In this document: piece after piece, positions 8,843-17,550 of the stretch
Layout: each line of letters opens with the position of its first letter
How positions within the stretch are numbered: the stretch's first letter is position 1
Sequence record: DRR723986_18359
Length of the DNA: 34,421 nt
Direction: 5' to 3' (one strand)
Program-made: the position numbers and the translations under genes
Notes under the pieces: generated by a model
The model's input: the letters and a program-made list of their open reading frames with translations, nothing else
Databases searched by the model: none
Told to the model about the DNA's origin: nothing

Positions 8843-11800
8843 GTTTTGATTACTATGAATCCACTTTGATTGGATTCATCTTCTATAGTTATAATAAAGA
8901 AATAGGTGTCGTCTGGTAAAGGTTCACCATTCATATCTGTCCCCTGCCAATCATTTTGGTAGTTTTCTTGTTTGAAAACAGTTTGTCCCCAACGGTTTAA
9001 TATTTCAATGGTGTTTATCTTATTCTCAATTCCAGGTACTACATACGTATCATTGAAACCATCACCGTTTGGAGTGATAACATCTGGAACAGCTAAGTCG
9101 TTTACTTGAATCCTCATAGTGTCAGTAGCAGTTGGGCATACACCATTAGAAACCGTCCAAAAACACCAAGTTTCACCAGCGGGCAAATTGTTAATATTAG
9201 AGTAGGGGTCCAATTGATTTTCTATTTGAGCATCATTTGAAACTGTCCATTGGCCAGATCCAATTGTCGGATCAACAGCCTCTAATTGAGTTTCTGTTTG
9301 AATGTTTAGAATTTGATCGGGACCAGCATCAGCAGTTACAGCGTCATCAATTGTAATGTCAAAAGTAGTACTGTCAATACACATACCATTGGTAACATAT
9401 TGTATTGTAAAGGTGGTATTTGTGAGCCCATTATTGATATCCAATTCACCATTAGAAGCATCAATAGTTAATCCTGTAGGACTGATACTCCAATTTCCGC
9501 CAGACACTCCGGTAAGTGTAGGTAGCTGATTGGCATCTAGCTCGCAATAATTATTTGAAGAATATTGAAAGCTTGGGTCGTCTATAGCCCAAATAGTTAT
9601 AAAGTAAATGCTGTCTCGTAAACATGCCGGTCCAGGAGTTGTATAGGTAATAGCGTAAGGTCCTCCGGGGGTTGAATTAAGTAAATCGATAGTGCCGTCA
9701 CCAGCGTTAATAGTAACAGATGAACTTGCAGTAAAAACTCCTCCAGTTGTTCCGTCAATTGTTGGAACAGGATTGGTTTCGTTCACACAATAATCAGTTT
9801 GCAAATAGCTAAACGCAGGGTCCTCAACGAGACCTACGCTAATATCGAAACTATCTACATTTGGGCAAGTTGGGCCAGGTGTTGTATAATAAATTGTATA
9901 GGGTCCTCCCACTGGAGTTGCCATGATATCAACTTCTCCAGTTGTTCCATTCAGCAGTGCAATACTACTTGTTGTAGTAAACGATCCTCCTGCAACACCG
10001 GTAATTGTTGGAAACTGATTTACCTCATCCTGACAATAGTTATTTGAAAGATAAGTGAAAGAAGCATCTTCTAAAGAAGTTATGGTGACATCAAATGTTT
10101 CACTAACAGGGCAATTTGGGCCTGGAGTGGTGTATGTAATGGTGTAAGTCGCATCCGGTGTAGATGCCGATAAGTCAATTTCACCAGTTGAGGTATTTAA
10201 TGAAAGATTTCCAGATGGCTCAGAGAAAGTTCCGCCGGTGGTTCCAGAAATAGTAGGAGTTGGGTCCGTTTCATCTACACAATACATTATTTGAGAATAA
10301 GTAAAACTGCCATCATCATCTGGATTTATAGTTATTTGAACTGAGTCTGATTTTTGACACAGCCCAGGAGTTGTATAAACAATCCAATACATTCCTGTTG
10401 GGCCAGCACTTACATCAATTGTTCCATCTGAAGCATTCAAGGTTAGTGAAGAAGTGGGTTCAGAAAATGTTCCGCCATTACTTCCTGTAATATTTGCGAC
10501 AGGATCTAAGTCATACTCGCAGAAAGTTGTTTGCGAATAGTTAAACGAAGGGTCACCCATTGCAATTATTGTAAGGTTAAAGGTTTCTGTTACAGGGCAG
10601 TCTGGACCAGGAGTAGTGTAAGTTATTGTATATGTTGCTCCCGGAGTAGAAGCACTTAAATCGATTGTTCCAGTTGAGGTATTTAATGATAAGTTTCCAG
10701 TTGGTTCTGAAAAAGTTCCACCTGTAGTACCTGTAATAGTTGGAGTCGGATCAGCAGCCTCATGACAATAGCTAGGTTGAGGATATGTGAAAGCCCCATC
10801 ATCCAAATCTATTAAGTTGAGAGCAAACGTATCCACGCAACCGTTTGGTGAATCGTAATAAACGTCATAAAGTCCCGCGTTTGAAGTTCCAAGATTCAAA
10901 TCGCCGCTACTAAAATCTACAACTATTCCAGCTGGAGATGCAGTGAAATTACCTCCAGTAAGACCTGTAATAGTGGGAGATTCTACTGTGCCGTCTAGGC
11001 AAAATTGTCCTGCCGTATAATTAAATGCTGCCTCTGCGGCATCAAATATCGTAATATCAAAAGTTGCGGAGTCTTTGCATAAAGGACCAGGAGTAACATA
11101 TTTTATTGTGTAAGGACCTCCTGGAGTAGATGCTGATAAATCAATTTGGCCAGTTGAAGTGTTCAATGCCAGTTGTGCCGGACCTGAAAAAGTTCCGCCT
11201 GCCGTTCCAGTGATAATAGCTGTCGGGTCAGCATCATTTGTACAATACGTTGATGATAAATAAAGGTAAGCAGGATCATCAACGGCAACTATATCTACTG
11301 TAAGGGTAGAATCATATACGCAGGCAGTAATTGTATATGTTACAGCATATGATCCAACGCTTGAAGATGAAACATCAATTTGACCGGTTGAGGGATTTAA
11401 ACTGAGGCCTGCCGGTGTTGAAGAAAATGTCCCTCCAGCATCTCCGCTAATAGTAGGTACAGGCATCAGCGCAGCACCTTCACAATATTGTAGATCGGTA
11501 TAAGTGAAGCTTGGGTCACATGACTCAGTTTCCGGTCCTTTAGTATAAAATGTCGCAGGATCGTTTATCGTATTGAAGTCGGTGAGTATCCAATCTGCAG
11601 ATCGAACAATGTTAGAAATTCTTACTTCGTCTTGATCACCATCAAAATCCAAATTTGTGAATTGTTGATTTGTTCCAAGTCTAAGTTCAATAAAGCTCAA
11701 TAGGCCCGTACTTGGGTCCGTCGCATAGGTTTGGGTGCTACCAAGTTGAATGCCATCTTGATAAAATGTTACGGTATTAGCAGAAACATCTCTTGTGGCG

Positions 11801-12639
11801 GTGATAAAAGTATAGCCGGATCCCGGGAATGTCACAGGTGCGGAAGAGGTAACTACCACATCAGTACCAAGAACCCCAAACTCCCATAACATGCTTATTG
11901 TATTGTCAGCATTGATATTCAGATAGTACAGATGATTTCCGTCTAAAATATCTCCAAGTCCTCCAATTCCAATCAGCGCGTTATCCAAAGGGTCCACTGT
12001 TTGAATAACATCAGGATGAATCCAAGTGGATAAAGTAACATCTCCGCTCAATGCGATTGAACTATGACTAGGTGCGGTCATATAATCAGAGGTAGAGAAA
12101 TTTCTACATTTTGCTACTTGACCAGTTCCGTTATTACTGGTTCCAAAGTTTGTAAAATCATTTGAATTACTTGTTTTGTCAACAAAATCATCAGTCAAGT
12201 GATATACAGCTGCAAAGTTAGCATCCCATACATTAGACGTACTAGGGTCAGTACCTATAGATCCGTTACCATAATACATTCGAATTACAGTATTAGTAGC
12301 GGAACTGAGTGTTGGTATTTTTACCCAAGCTTGAAAATTACCATCCGTAGGATCATATCGTTCAATTTGGTGCTCTAAAAGCGTGCTGCCATCAGCCGCA
12401 GTAAAGGCGATATCATATCCGTATAAACTTTGAACCTTTCCACCATTACTTACGGTTGCTAAGTCACCATCAATCTCATCAATTAGTATTGGGAAATTGG
12501 TATGAGGTCCCGCCCCAGCAACTTGACTACTTTGAATCGTAATTGTTTTGTAGAAATGATAACCAGCCAATTGAGCATAGCTGTTCCCGACTAACATAAT
12601 TGTTAGAAATAGCACTATTTTATTTAGTTTGGGTAGCAT
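8839..12639 (-). CDS. T9SS type-B CTD (gliding motility-associated C-terminal domain) surface protein: DUF2341 + LamG/ConA-like domain + nine Ig-like repeats
   Basis: Signal peptide (SYA|QL). DUF2341-like TNFPILI...DIAFTAADG...WVKIP...MYYGN, LamG-like FDGDQDEVRISN, and type-B CTD signature VPDVITPNGDGFND...ILNRWGQTVF...YQNDWQG...TYFF. Confidence 0.9.
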   Translation of the reverse strand: MLPKLNKIVLFLTIMLVGNSYAQLAGYHFYKTITIQSSQVAGAGPHTNFPILIDEIDGDLATVSNGGKVQSLYGYDIAFTAADGSTLLEHQIERYDPTDGNFQAWVKIPTLSSATNTVIRMYYGNGSIGTDPSTSNVWDANFAAVYHLTDDFVDKTSNSNDFTNFGTSNNGTGQVAKCRNFSTSDYMTAPSHSSIALSGDVTLSTWIHPDVIQTVDPLDNALIGIGGLGDILDGNHLYYLNINADNTISMLWEFGVLGTDVVVTSSAPVTFPGSGYTFITATRDVSANTVTFYQDGIQLGSTQTYATDPSTGLLSFIELRLGTNQQFTNLDFDGDQDEVRISNIVRSADWILTDFNTINDPATFYTKGPETESCDPSFTYTDLQYCEGAALMPVPTISGDAGGTFSSTPAGLSLNPSTGQIDVSSSSVGSYAVTYTITACVYDSTLTVDIVAVDDPAYLYLSSTYCTNDADPTAIITGTAGGTFSGPAQLALNTSTGQIDLSASTPGGPYTIKYVTPGPLCKDSATFDITIFDAAEAAFNYTAGQFCLDGTVESPTITGLTGGNFTASPAGIVVDFSSGDLNLGTSNAGLYDVYYDSPNGCVDTFALNLIDLDDGAFTYPQPSYCHEAADPTPTITGTTGGTFSEPTGNLSLNTSTGTIDLSASTPGATYTITYTTPGPDCPVTETFNLTIIAMGDPSFNYSQTTFCEYDLDPVANITGSNGGTFSEPTSSLTLNASDGTIDVSAGPTGMYWIVYTTPGLCQKSDSVQITINPDDDGSFTYSQIMYCVDETDPTPTISGTTGGTFSEPSGNLSLNTSTGEIDLSASTPDATYTITYTTPGPNCPVSETFDVTITSLEDASFTYLSNNYCQDEVNQFPTITGVAGGSFTTTSSIALLNGTTGEVDIMATPVGGPYTIYYTTPGPTCPNVDSFDISVGLVEDPAFSYLQTDYCVNETNPVPTIDGTTGGVFTASSSVTINAGDGTIDLLNSTPGGPYAITYTTPGPACLRDSIYFITIWAIDDPSFQYSSNNYCELDANQLPTLTGVSGGNWSISPTGLTIDASNGELDINNGLTNTTFTIQYVTNGMCIDSTTFDITIDDAVTADAGPDQILNIQTETQLEAVDPTIGSGQWTVSNDAQIENQLDPYSNINNLPAGETWCFWTVSNGVCPTATDTMRIQVNDLAVPDVITPNGDGFNDTYVVPGIENKINTIEILNRWGQTVFKQENYQNDWQGTDMNGEPLPDDTYFFIITIEDESNQSGFIVIKT
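9340..11520 (-). repeat. Nine tandem ~81-aa (~243-nt) coding repeats, each with two Cys
   Basis: Consensus D(P/G)SFxY...YC...PTITGTTGGTFS...LNxSTGxIDLSAST.G.Y.I.YTTPGP.C. Repeats 4 and 6 share nucleotide stretches (ccagttgaggtatttaatga near 10184 and 10670). Confidence 0.9.
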
Positions 12640-12672
12640 TGGCTTCTTGTCAACTTTTATCTTACGTAAGAT

Positions 12673-13053
12673 TTAGTCATTGGTTTTAGATTTAATTACG
12701 ATCATTTCACCAATTAAGTTTTTAAAATCTTGACCAGTCTCTTCCATTTCTATGTCATCTTCATCATAAAGCCAAAGAACTGAAACTTTTTTAGAGCTTT
12801 GGAGTTTTTCTAAACTCAATAACATATTGACGATAAGTTTTGAGGACGCTGTATTGTAATATTCTAATTCTATTACGACATCAATTGAGTCAGATGGACT
12901 CGAATATAATTCTTGCAACCATTTTTTGAAGGGTTGATAAAAGGTCTTTGCATCTTCAGGCAAGCTTCTGCCTTTAAGGCTTAATTGTCCCAATAGTGCG
13001 TCACCTTTAATTTCTGGTGTTTTGAAGGATTCTTCTATGAAAATTTTACTCAT
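12673..13053 (-). CDS. SiaC family / DUF1987 regulatory phosphoprotein
   Basis: KTPEI...LSLKGRSLPEDAKTFYQP...LEYYNTASSK...VLWLYDEDDIEMEETGQDF matches the DUF1987/SiaC pattern. Confidence 0.88.
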   Translation of the reverse strand: MSKIFIEESFKTPEIKGDALLGQLSLKGRSLPEDAKTFYQPFKKWLQELYSSPSDSIDVVIELEYYNTASSKLIVNMLLSLEKLQSSKKVSVLWLYDEDDIEMEETGQDFKNLIGEMIVIKSKTND

Positions 13054-13072
13054 ACTTTTTATTCCTTGGGGT

Positions 13073-13080
13073 CAAAAATA
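13073..13080 (-). promoter_or_regulatory. Bacteroidota housekeeping promoter -7 element (TATTTTTG) ahead of the siaC-adhesin-porP cluster
   Basis: Matches the TAnnTTTG consensus about 20 nt upstream of the ATG at 13053. Confidence 0.55.
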
Positions 13081-13155
13081 TTGCAAATAATTCTTTTAAA
13101 AATATAAAATCGATTAGCAACTAAATACAGGGGGTTGAATGGATAAAATTACCCG

Positions 13156-13563
13156 TTAGAGTCGTTCCACCGCTATTAGATTTATTTCGCAGTTCATGAC
13201 TTCATCATAATATTCTCCAATTTCTCTCATTTCAAGATCGTCATTTTCGTAGTACCAATCTATAGAGACTTCTGTTTTCAAACCGATCATGTCATCAATC
13301 ATTCTCAACATTCTGGTGATAATTACGGCAGAACTACTGTTCATGTACATTAACGCGAATTTCACTTTTGTTTTTGGTGCGGGATTGCTCGTGTATTCGA
13401 CCATCCATCTATTGAATTGCCAATAGAATTCTCTCGTATTTTCTGGAATAGAAGTCCCTCTGAGTTCAATCAGGCCTTCTTTTTTATCGACTTTAATATA
13501 GGGTGTTTTACCCGTAGCCTCAATAACGAGCATGTTTTCATTTAATTCGGCTTGGTCGCTCAT
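13156..13563 (-). CDS. SiaC family / DUF1987 regulatory phosphoprotein (second paralog)
   Basis: IEATGKTPYI...ELRGTSIPENTREFY...LMYMNSSS...IDWYYENDDLEMREIGEYY. Confidence 0.88.
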   Translation of the reverse strand: MSDQAELNENMLVIEATGKTPYIKVDKKEGLIELRGTSIPENTREFYWQFNRWMVEYTSNPAPKTKVKFALMYMNSSSAVIITRMLRMIDDMIGLKTEVSIDWYYENDDLEMREIGEYYDEVMNCEINLIAVERL

Positions 13564-13653
13564 TGTTCTTGTTTTCAGAGAATTTTCTCAAAGTTTGAAT
13601 TGAATCTCCAATTTAGTGTTAATTCTTGAGATTAGAATAAACTTAAATTGAAT

Positions 13654-14007
13654 TTATGAAAACAATGTTTTTAAATGATAGTTCAATTCCTCATTTTTTA
13701 ATAGGAATTTATCTGCACCGTTTGAAAAGGCGAATTCAATTAGTTTGAGGTCTTTTATCCCAGTTAAAAGGATAATTTTAGCATTTTTAAATTTTGCCCT
13801 AAGTCTTGGTATTTCATTGGCTCCCAGTTCGTTTTCAAGAATATGGTCAATAAAAATAATCTCAGGGTCGCCCTGATATTCATCTGAAAGCACTGCATTA
13901 CAATGCTCGAAATGGTCTAAATTTAACAGACCTAAATTTTGTAGTTTTTTCCGAAACATTCTGGCAAAAAACAAGTCATCTTCTATGTGAATTATTTTTT
14001 GTTTCAT
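13654..14007 (-). CDS. Single-domain response regulator (receiver only)
   Basis: IEDD acidic pocket, phospho-Asp in IFIDH, IILLTG and FLLK. 117 aa with no output domain. Confidence 0.88.
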   Translation of the reverse strand: MKQKIIHIEDDLFFARMFRKKLQNLGLLNLDHFEHCNAVLSDEYQGDPEIIFIDHILENELGANEIPRLRAKFKNAKIILLTGIKDLKLIEFAFSNGADKFLLKNEELNYHLKTLFS

Positions 14008-14417
14008 TTACCAAATAGACTGTTGAAAAATTTTTTAATAGGACTGTCTTCAGTTTTTAATGCGGTCAAAAACTCTTCACTGTTTTGCATTATTAAGACG
14101 TCCTTTCTAAAATAATTAGCTGCTCCTTTGTTAAAAGCTTCTTCTAAAACTTTTTTATCATTTTGCCCAGAAATGATGGCTACTTTGACTTGTGGTAGAT
14201 TTTCTTTGAATAAAGGAAGTGCATCAACCCCGTTTACTCCTGATAAATAGTGGTCTAAAAAAATTGCTTTAGGCTTTATTTTGAGAAGGTCATTCAAAGC
14301 AGATTCGCAATCAGTAAAATGATGAATCTTGAAGTCCCCCATTTTTGTTATCCTTCGCGAAAATATTTTAGCAAAGAATTCATCATCTTCTACAATAAAA
14401 ATATGATTAGCAGCCAT
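14004..14417 (-). CDS. Single-domain response regulator (receiver only)
   Basis: IVEDD, IFLDHYLSGVNG, IISG and YFRK. ATGA overlap with the next gene. Confidence 0.9.
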   Translation of the reverse strand: MAANHIFIVEDDEFFAKIFSRRITKMGDFKIHHFTDCESALNDLLKIKPKAIFLDHYLSGVNGVDALPLFKENLPQVKVAIISGQNDKKVLEEAFNKGAANYFRKDVLIMQNSEEFLTALKTEDSPIKKFFNSLFGK

Positions 14418-14811
14418 ATTGAAGCTGTCTTAATTCTTTTTGCGCTAGAACAGATAAGCTTCGCAGGGCACTGTTAGAAATATTAGAGTCTAACTTTAGA
14501 AATTTTGATGTGGCGTTAATGACAAATTCATCCATAGTGAAAGGGACGTAATTTTTGTAAATATGCACAATACTTGTTCCTGCGTTTTTATTTTTAAGAA
14601 TCTTTAAAAAATGCAGTTCCTCTTCACTATTGACGAGCGATTCATCAGTAAATATAATGGCCTCATTTCCTAGGGATTCATTTATCATTTCAAGATAAGA
14701 TTGAAACTCAACAACTTCAACTTTTGTCTCTTTTAAGCGCTCAAATTTATTGATTGCCTGATACAAGTCAGACTTAAGAGAAACATTATTACTAGCTATT
14801 GCAATTTTCAT
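14407..14811 (-). CDS. Degenerate receiver-like (pseudo-receiver) protein
   Basis: REC-like layout (KIAIASNN...IIFTDESL...IVHIY...SKFLK), but the acidic pair is replaced by SNN. It overlaps the downstream receiver gene by 11 nt. Confidence 0.55.
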   Translation of the reverse strand: MKIAIASNNVSLKSDLYQAINKFERLKETKVEVVEFQSYLEMINESLGNEAIIFTDESLVNSEEELHFLKILKNKNAGTSIVHIYKNYVPFTMDEFVINATSKFLKLDSNISNSALRSLSVLAQKELRQLQYGC

Positions 14812-14840
14812 TTTTCCGTTATGTGTTCAAACACCTACCG

Positions 14841-14904
14841 CAAAAATAAAGCATTAGAGTCTCCGGGAGTAAAGTTCTCGATAAGTGGTTAGTTTATCTC
14901 GATA
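14841..14904 (-). promoter_or_regulatory. -7 promoter box (TATTTTTG, 14841-14848) with upstream direct repeat TCTCGATA x2 at 21-bp period (possible LytTR-type operator)
   Basis: tctcgata occurs at 14876-14883 and 14897-14904. A TAnnTTTG match lies about 30 nt upstream of the ATG at 14811. Confidence 0.5.
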
Positions 14905-14907
14905 GAA

Positions 14908-17547
14908 TTAAGTGTTAAAGGATTTTTGTTTTTCAACAATGCTTGAAACAGCTGATTTTAGAAGGTTTTTGAATTGGCTAATGTCTGATTCATTAAATTG
15001 TTTCGATTCAATTTTTTCAGCAATTCTCAGTGTTTCTTTAAATTCAAACGTGAGCAATGATGGTTTGATCTTGTGGGCGATTTGCGCAAGTTGTACGTGA
15101 TTTTTTTGTTTTTCAGCTTCCATGATAGCCGATAATTCATCATTTGTGGAGGTAATAAAAATATCAAAGAGGCTGTTTGCGAAGTCGGCGTCACCATCCG
15201 CTAGGTTTGTCAAAGTTGGCATTTCGAGGGCATGCCAATTTTTTGTATCAGGTTGTTTTTTAGTTTTGTTACCAACTTCACTTAATATGTTGATGATATC
15301 TTCTTTTTTAAAAGGTTTTGGAATAAATCCTTGCATTCCTGCTTGTTCACATTTTGCCTGTTCTTCTTCTAAAACATGAGCCGATAAAGCGTAAATAGGT
15401 ACATCACTGAACGTTTTGATTGTTTTGGTAGCTTCGTATCCGTCAATAACTGGCATTTGCAGATCCATAAAAATAACATGTGGAGAAAAACTCTTGGTTT
15501 TGTCTATCCCTTCTTGACCATTTTTAGCAAAGGCGACTGTTACATTGAATTTAGAGAGTACCTGTTGCATCAATTTAATGTTCACTTCATGGTCTTCACA
15601 AACTAAAATTCTTAAATGTTGTAAGTCTTTGCTTGAACTTTTTAATGATTCTTCTTGTGTGTCAAATTTTTCGACCGTTTTAAACGGTAGCTTAAAGCAA
15701 AAATTTGATCCTTGATTAATAGTCGAGCTTACTGAAACTTGGCCGGACATTAATTCAACAAGTTGTTTGACAATGGATAATCCGAGCCCAGTTCCGTGAT
15801 GTTTTCTTTGTATTCCCGAATCTACTTGCGCGAAGTTCTCAAAAATTGTAAGTAGATCAGATCCGTTCATGCCGATACCAGTATCGATAATGTTAAATAC
15901 TGTGAATTTGTTCTCTTGACTAACTTTAATTTCGATTCTTCCTTTTTCAGTGAATTTTATGGCGTTATTAATAAGGTTGTTTAAAATTTGAGAAATTCTG
16001 GTGTCGTCTCCGTGAACAAACAATGGTACATCATTGTCAATGTTTATACTCAAATCTAAACCTTTTATTTGCGCTCTATGTTGATGTAATTTAAGAACCT
16101 TTTGTAATGTTTCTTCTAGCGAAAAATTACGTGGTCTAATTTTCATTTTTCCAGCTTCTATTTTAGAAAGATCTAGAATGTCATTGATAATAACCAGTAG
16201 GTCTTCGCCGCTTTTTTGAATTATATTAATGTATTCTTTTTGTTGTTCGTTTATCGGAGTAGATTCAAGAAGGTCTGCAAAACCCACCAAAGCATTTAAA
16301 GGAGTTCTAATTTCATGACTCATGTTCGCCAAGAAAAGTGATTTGAATTCGGCAGATTTTTCAGCCAATTCTTTTGCCTCCTGTAGTTTTTTCTCCGTTT
16401 CTTTTCTAGCTGATATATCTTGATAAAAAATGAGGTGAGCCGGTTCGTTATTAAATGCAATTGGAGCCACAGATATTTGAACTGGGATGGATTTTTTATC
16501 AGAGGTCAATAAATAAGAATCAAGTAAATCTATCTTTCCTTTTTGGTACAGGTCAAAACCTTTCTTTGCTTCTTCTAAGTGCCACTCTGGAATTAGGTCA
16601 TAAACATGCATTCCAATCATTTTACTAACCGAGTAACCATGCAAATGTGCGCAGGCTTCATTCAAGTCAATTATTTTTCCGTCGGCTCTTGACTCCACCA
16701 AAATAGGCACATCACTTCCTTCAAAAATTGATCTAAAATTTCTTTCGTTTTCTCTAATTTTTTGCTCCGATCGCTCTCGTTCTGTTACCTCTCTAACAAA
16801 GAAAGTAACTCCTTGAACAACTCCCTTGTTCAGAATAGGGCTGCAATTTGATTCTAAATAGAAACTTGCATTTGACAAATTGAAGGCGTTAACCGCTATA
16901 GTTTGCTCATTGTTTAAAGCCGTTTCAAACATGGGTAGCCAAACATCCCTAAATATTGGAGGGACGTTTTCAAAAAAATTATCTCCTACTCGAGGAGCAG
17001 AATTGTAATGTTCTTTAATGTTAACTCTGGCAAGTTGATTTATGATTAATAATTTTCCTTTCGTATCTAAAGACCAAATTCCATCAGAAGTATTATTAAG
17101 GATAGCACGAGTGTTAGCATAGTTATCATCTAGCCTTTTTTCTAGATCACGTCTTAATTTGTTTTCGGCTTTTTGTCTTTTTACTGCATTAAGTATTCTT
17201 TCAAGGTTGTCTGAAGTGATTTGTTCTTTCGATAAAAAATCAATCGCACCTCTTTTTAAGGAATCTACAGCAATACGGAGATCTGCCGTTGCGGTTAGAA
17301 TGATGACAGAAGCATCATCCATGAACGAGAAGGACTCTAAAAAGTCTATCGCATTTCCGTCAGGCAAATTATAGTCGCAAAAAACAGCATCAATGTTCAT
17401 TAAATTGCTGAGTGCTTTAGTATCTGCTAAACTTTCTGCAATAAATAATTCATGAGGTTGCTGCAGCGTAGATAATTTTCGTTTGAAAATTTTTTGATCG
17501 GCATGATCATCCTCTATCAATAGAATATTTATTTTAATTGTGCTCAA
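14908..17547 (-). CDS. Cytoplasmic hybrid histidine kinase REC-PAS-PAS-HisKA-HATPase-REC-Hpt
   Basis: N-terminal REC (IEDD, FCDYNLPDG), two PAS-like regions, FLANMSHEIRTPLN, NNAIKFT, DTGIG, GTGLGLSI, second REC (MDLQMP, KP) and Hpt AHKIKPS. No TM helix; TTG start. Confidence 0.93.
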   Translation of the reverse strand: MSTIKINILLIEDDHADQKIFKRKLSTLQQPHELFIAESLADTKALSNLMNIDAVFCDYNLPDGNAIDFLESFSFMDDASVIILTATADLRIAVDSLKRGAIDFLSKEQITSDNLERILNAVKRQKAENKLRRDLEKRLDDNYANTRAILNNTSDGIWSLDTKGKLLIINQLARVNIKEHYNSAPRVGDNFFENVPPIFRDVWLPMFETALNNEQTIAVNAFNLSNASFYLESNCSPILNKGVVQGVTFFVREVTERERSEQKIRENERNFRSIFEGSDVPILVESRADGKIIDLNEACAHLHGYSVSKMIGMHVYDLIPEWHLEEAKKGFDLYQKGKIDLLDSYLLTSDKKSIPVQISVAPIAFNNEPAHLIFYQDISARKETEKKLQEAKELAEKSAEFKSLFLANMSHEIRTPLNALVGFADLLESTPINEQQKEYINIIQKSGEDLLVIINDILDLSKIEAGKMKIRPRNFSLEETLQKVLKLHQHRAQIKGLDLSINIDNDVPLFVHGDDTRISQILNNLINNAIKFTEKGRIEIKVSQENKFTVFNIIDTGIGMNGSDLLTIFENFAQVDSGIQRKHHGTGLGLSIVKQLVELMSGQVSVSSTINQGSNFCFKLPFKTVEKFDTQEESLKSSSKDLQHLRILVCEDHEVNIKLMQQVLSKFNVTVAFAKNGQEGIDKTKSFSPHVIFMDLQMPVIDGYEATKTIKTFSDVPIYALSAHVLEEEQAKCEQAGMQGFIPKPFKKEDIINILSEVGNKTKKQPDTKNWHALEMPTLTNLADGDADFANSLFDIFITSTNDELSAIMEAEKQKNHVQLAQIAHKIKPSLLTFEFKETLRIAEKIESKQFNESDISQFKNLLKSAVSSIVEKQKSFNT

Positions 17548-17550
17548 AGA

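Noticed and set aside
9340-11520. Repeats considered as a CRISPR array or DGR template/variable pair
   Set aside because: They are in-frame, degenerate protein-coding repeats. There are no spacers, cas genes or reverse transcriptase.
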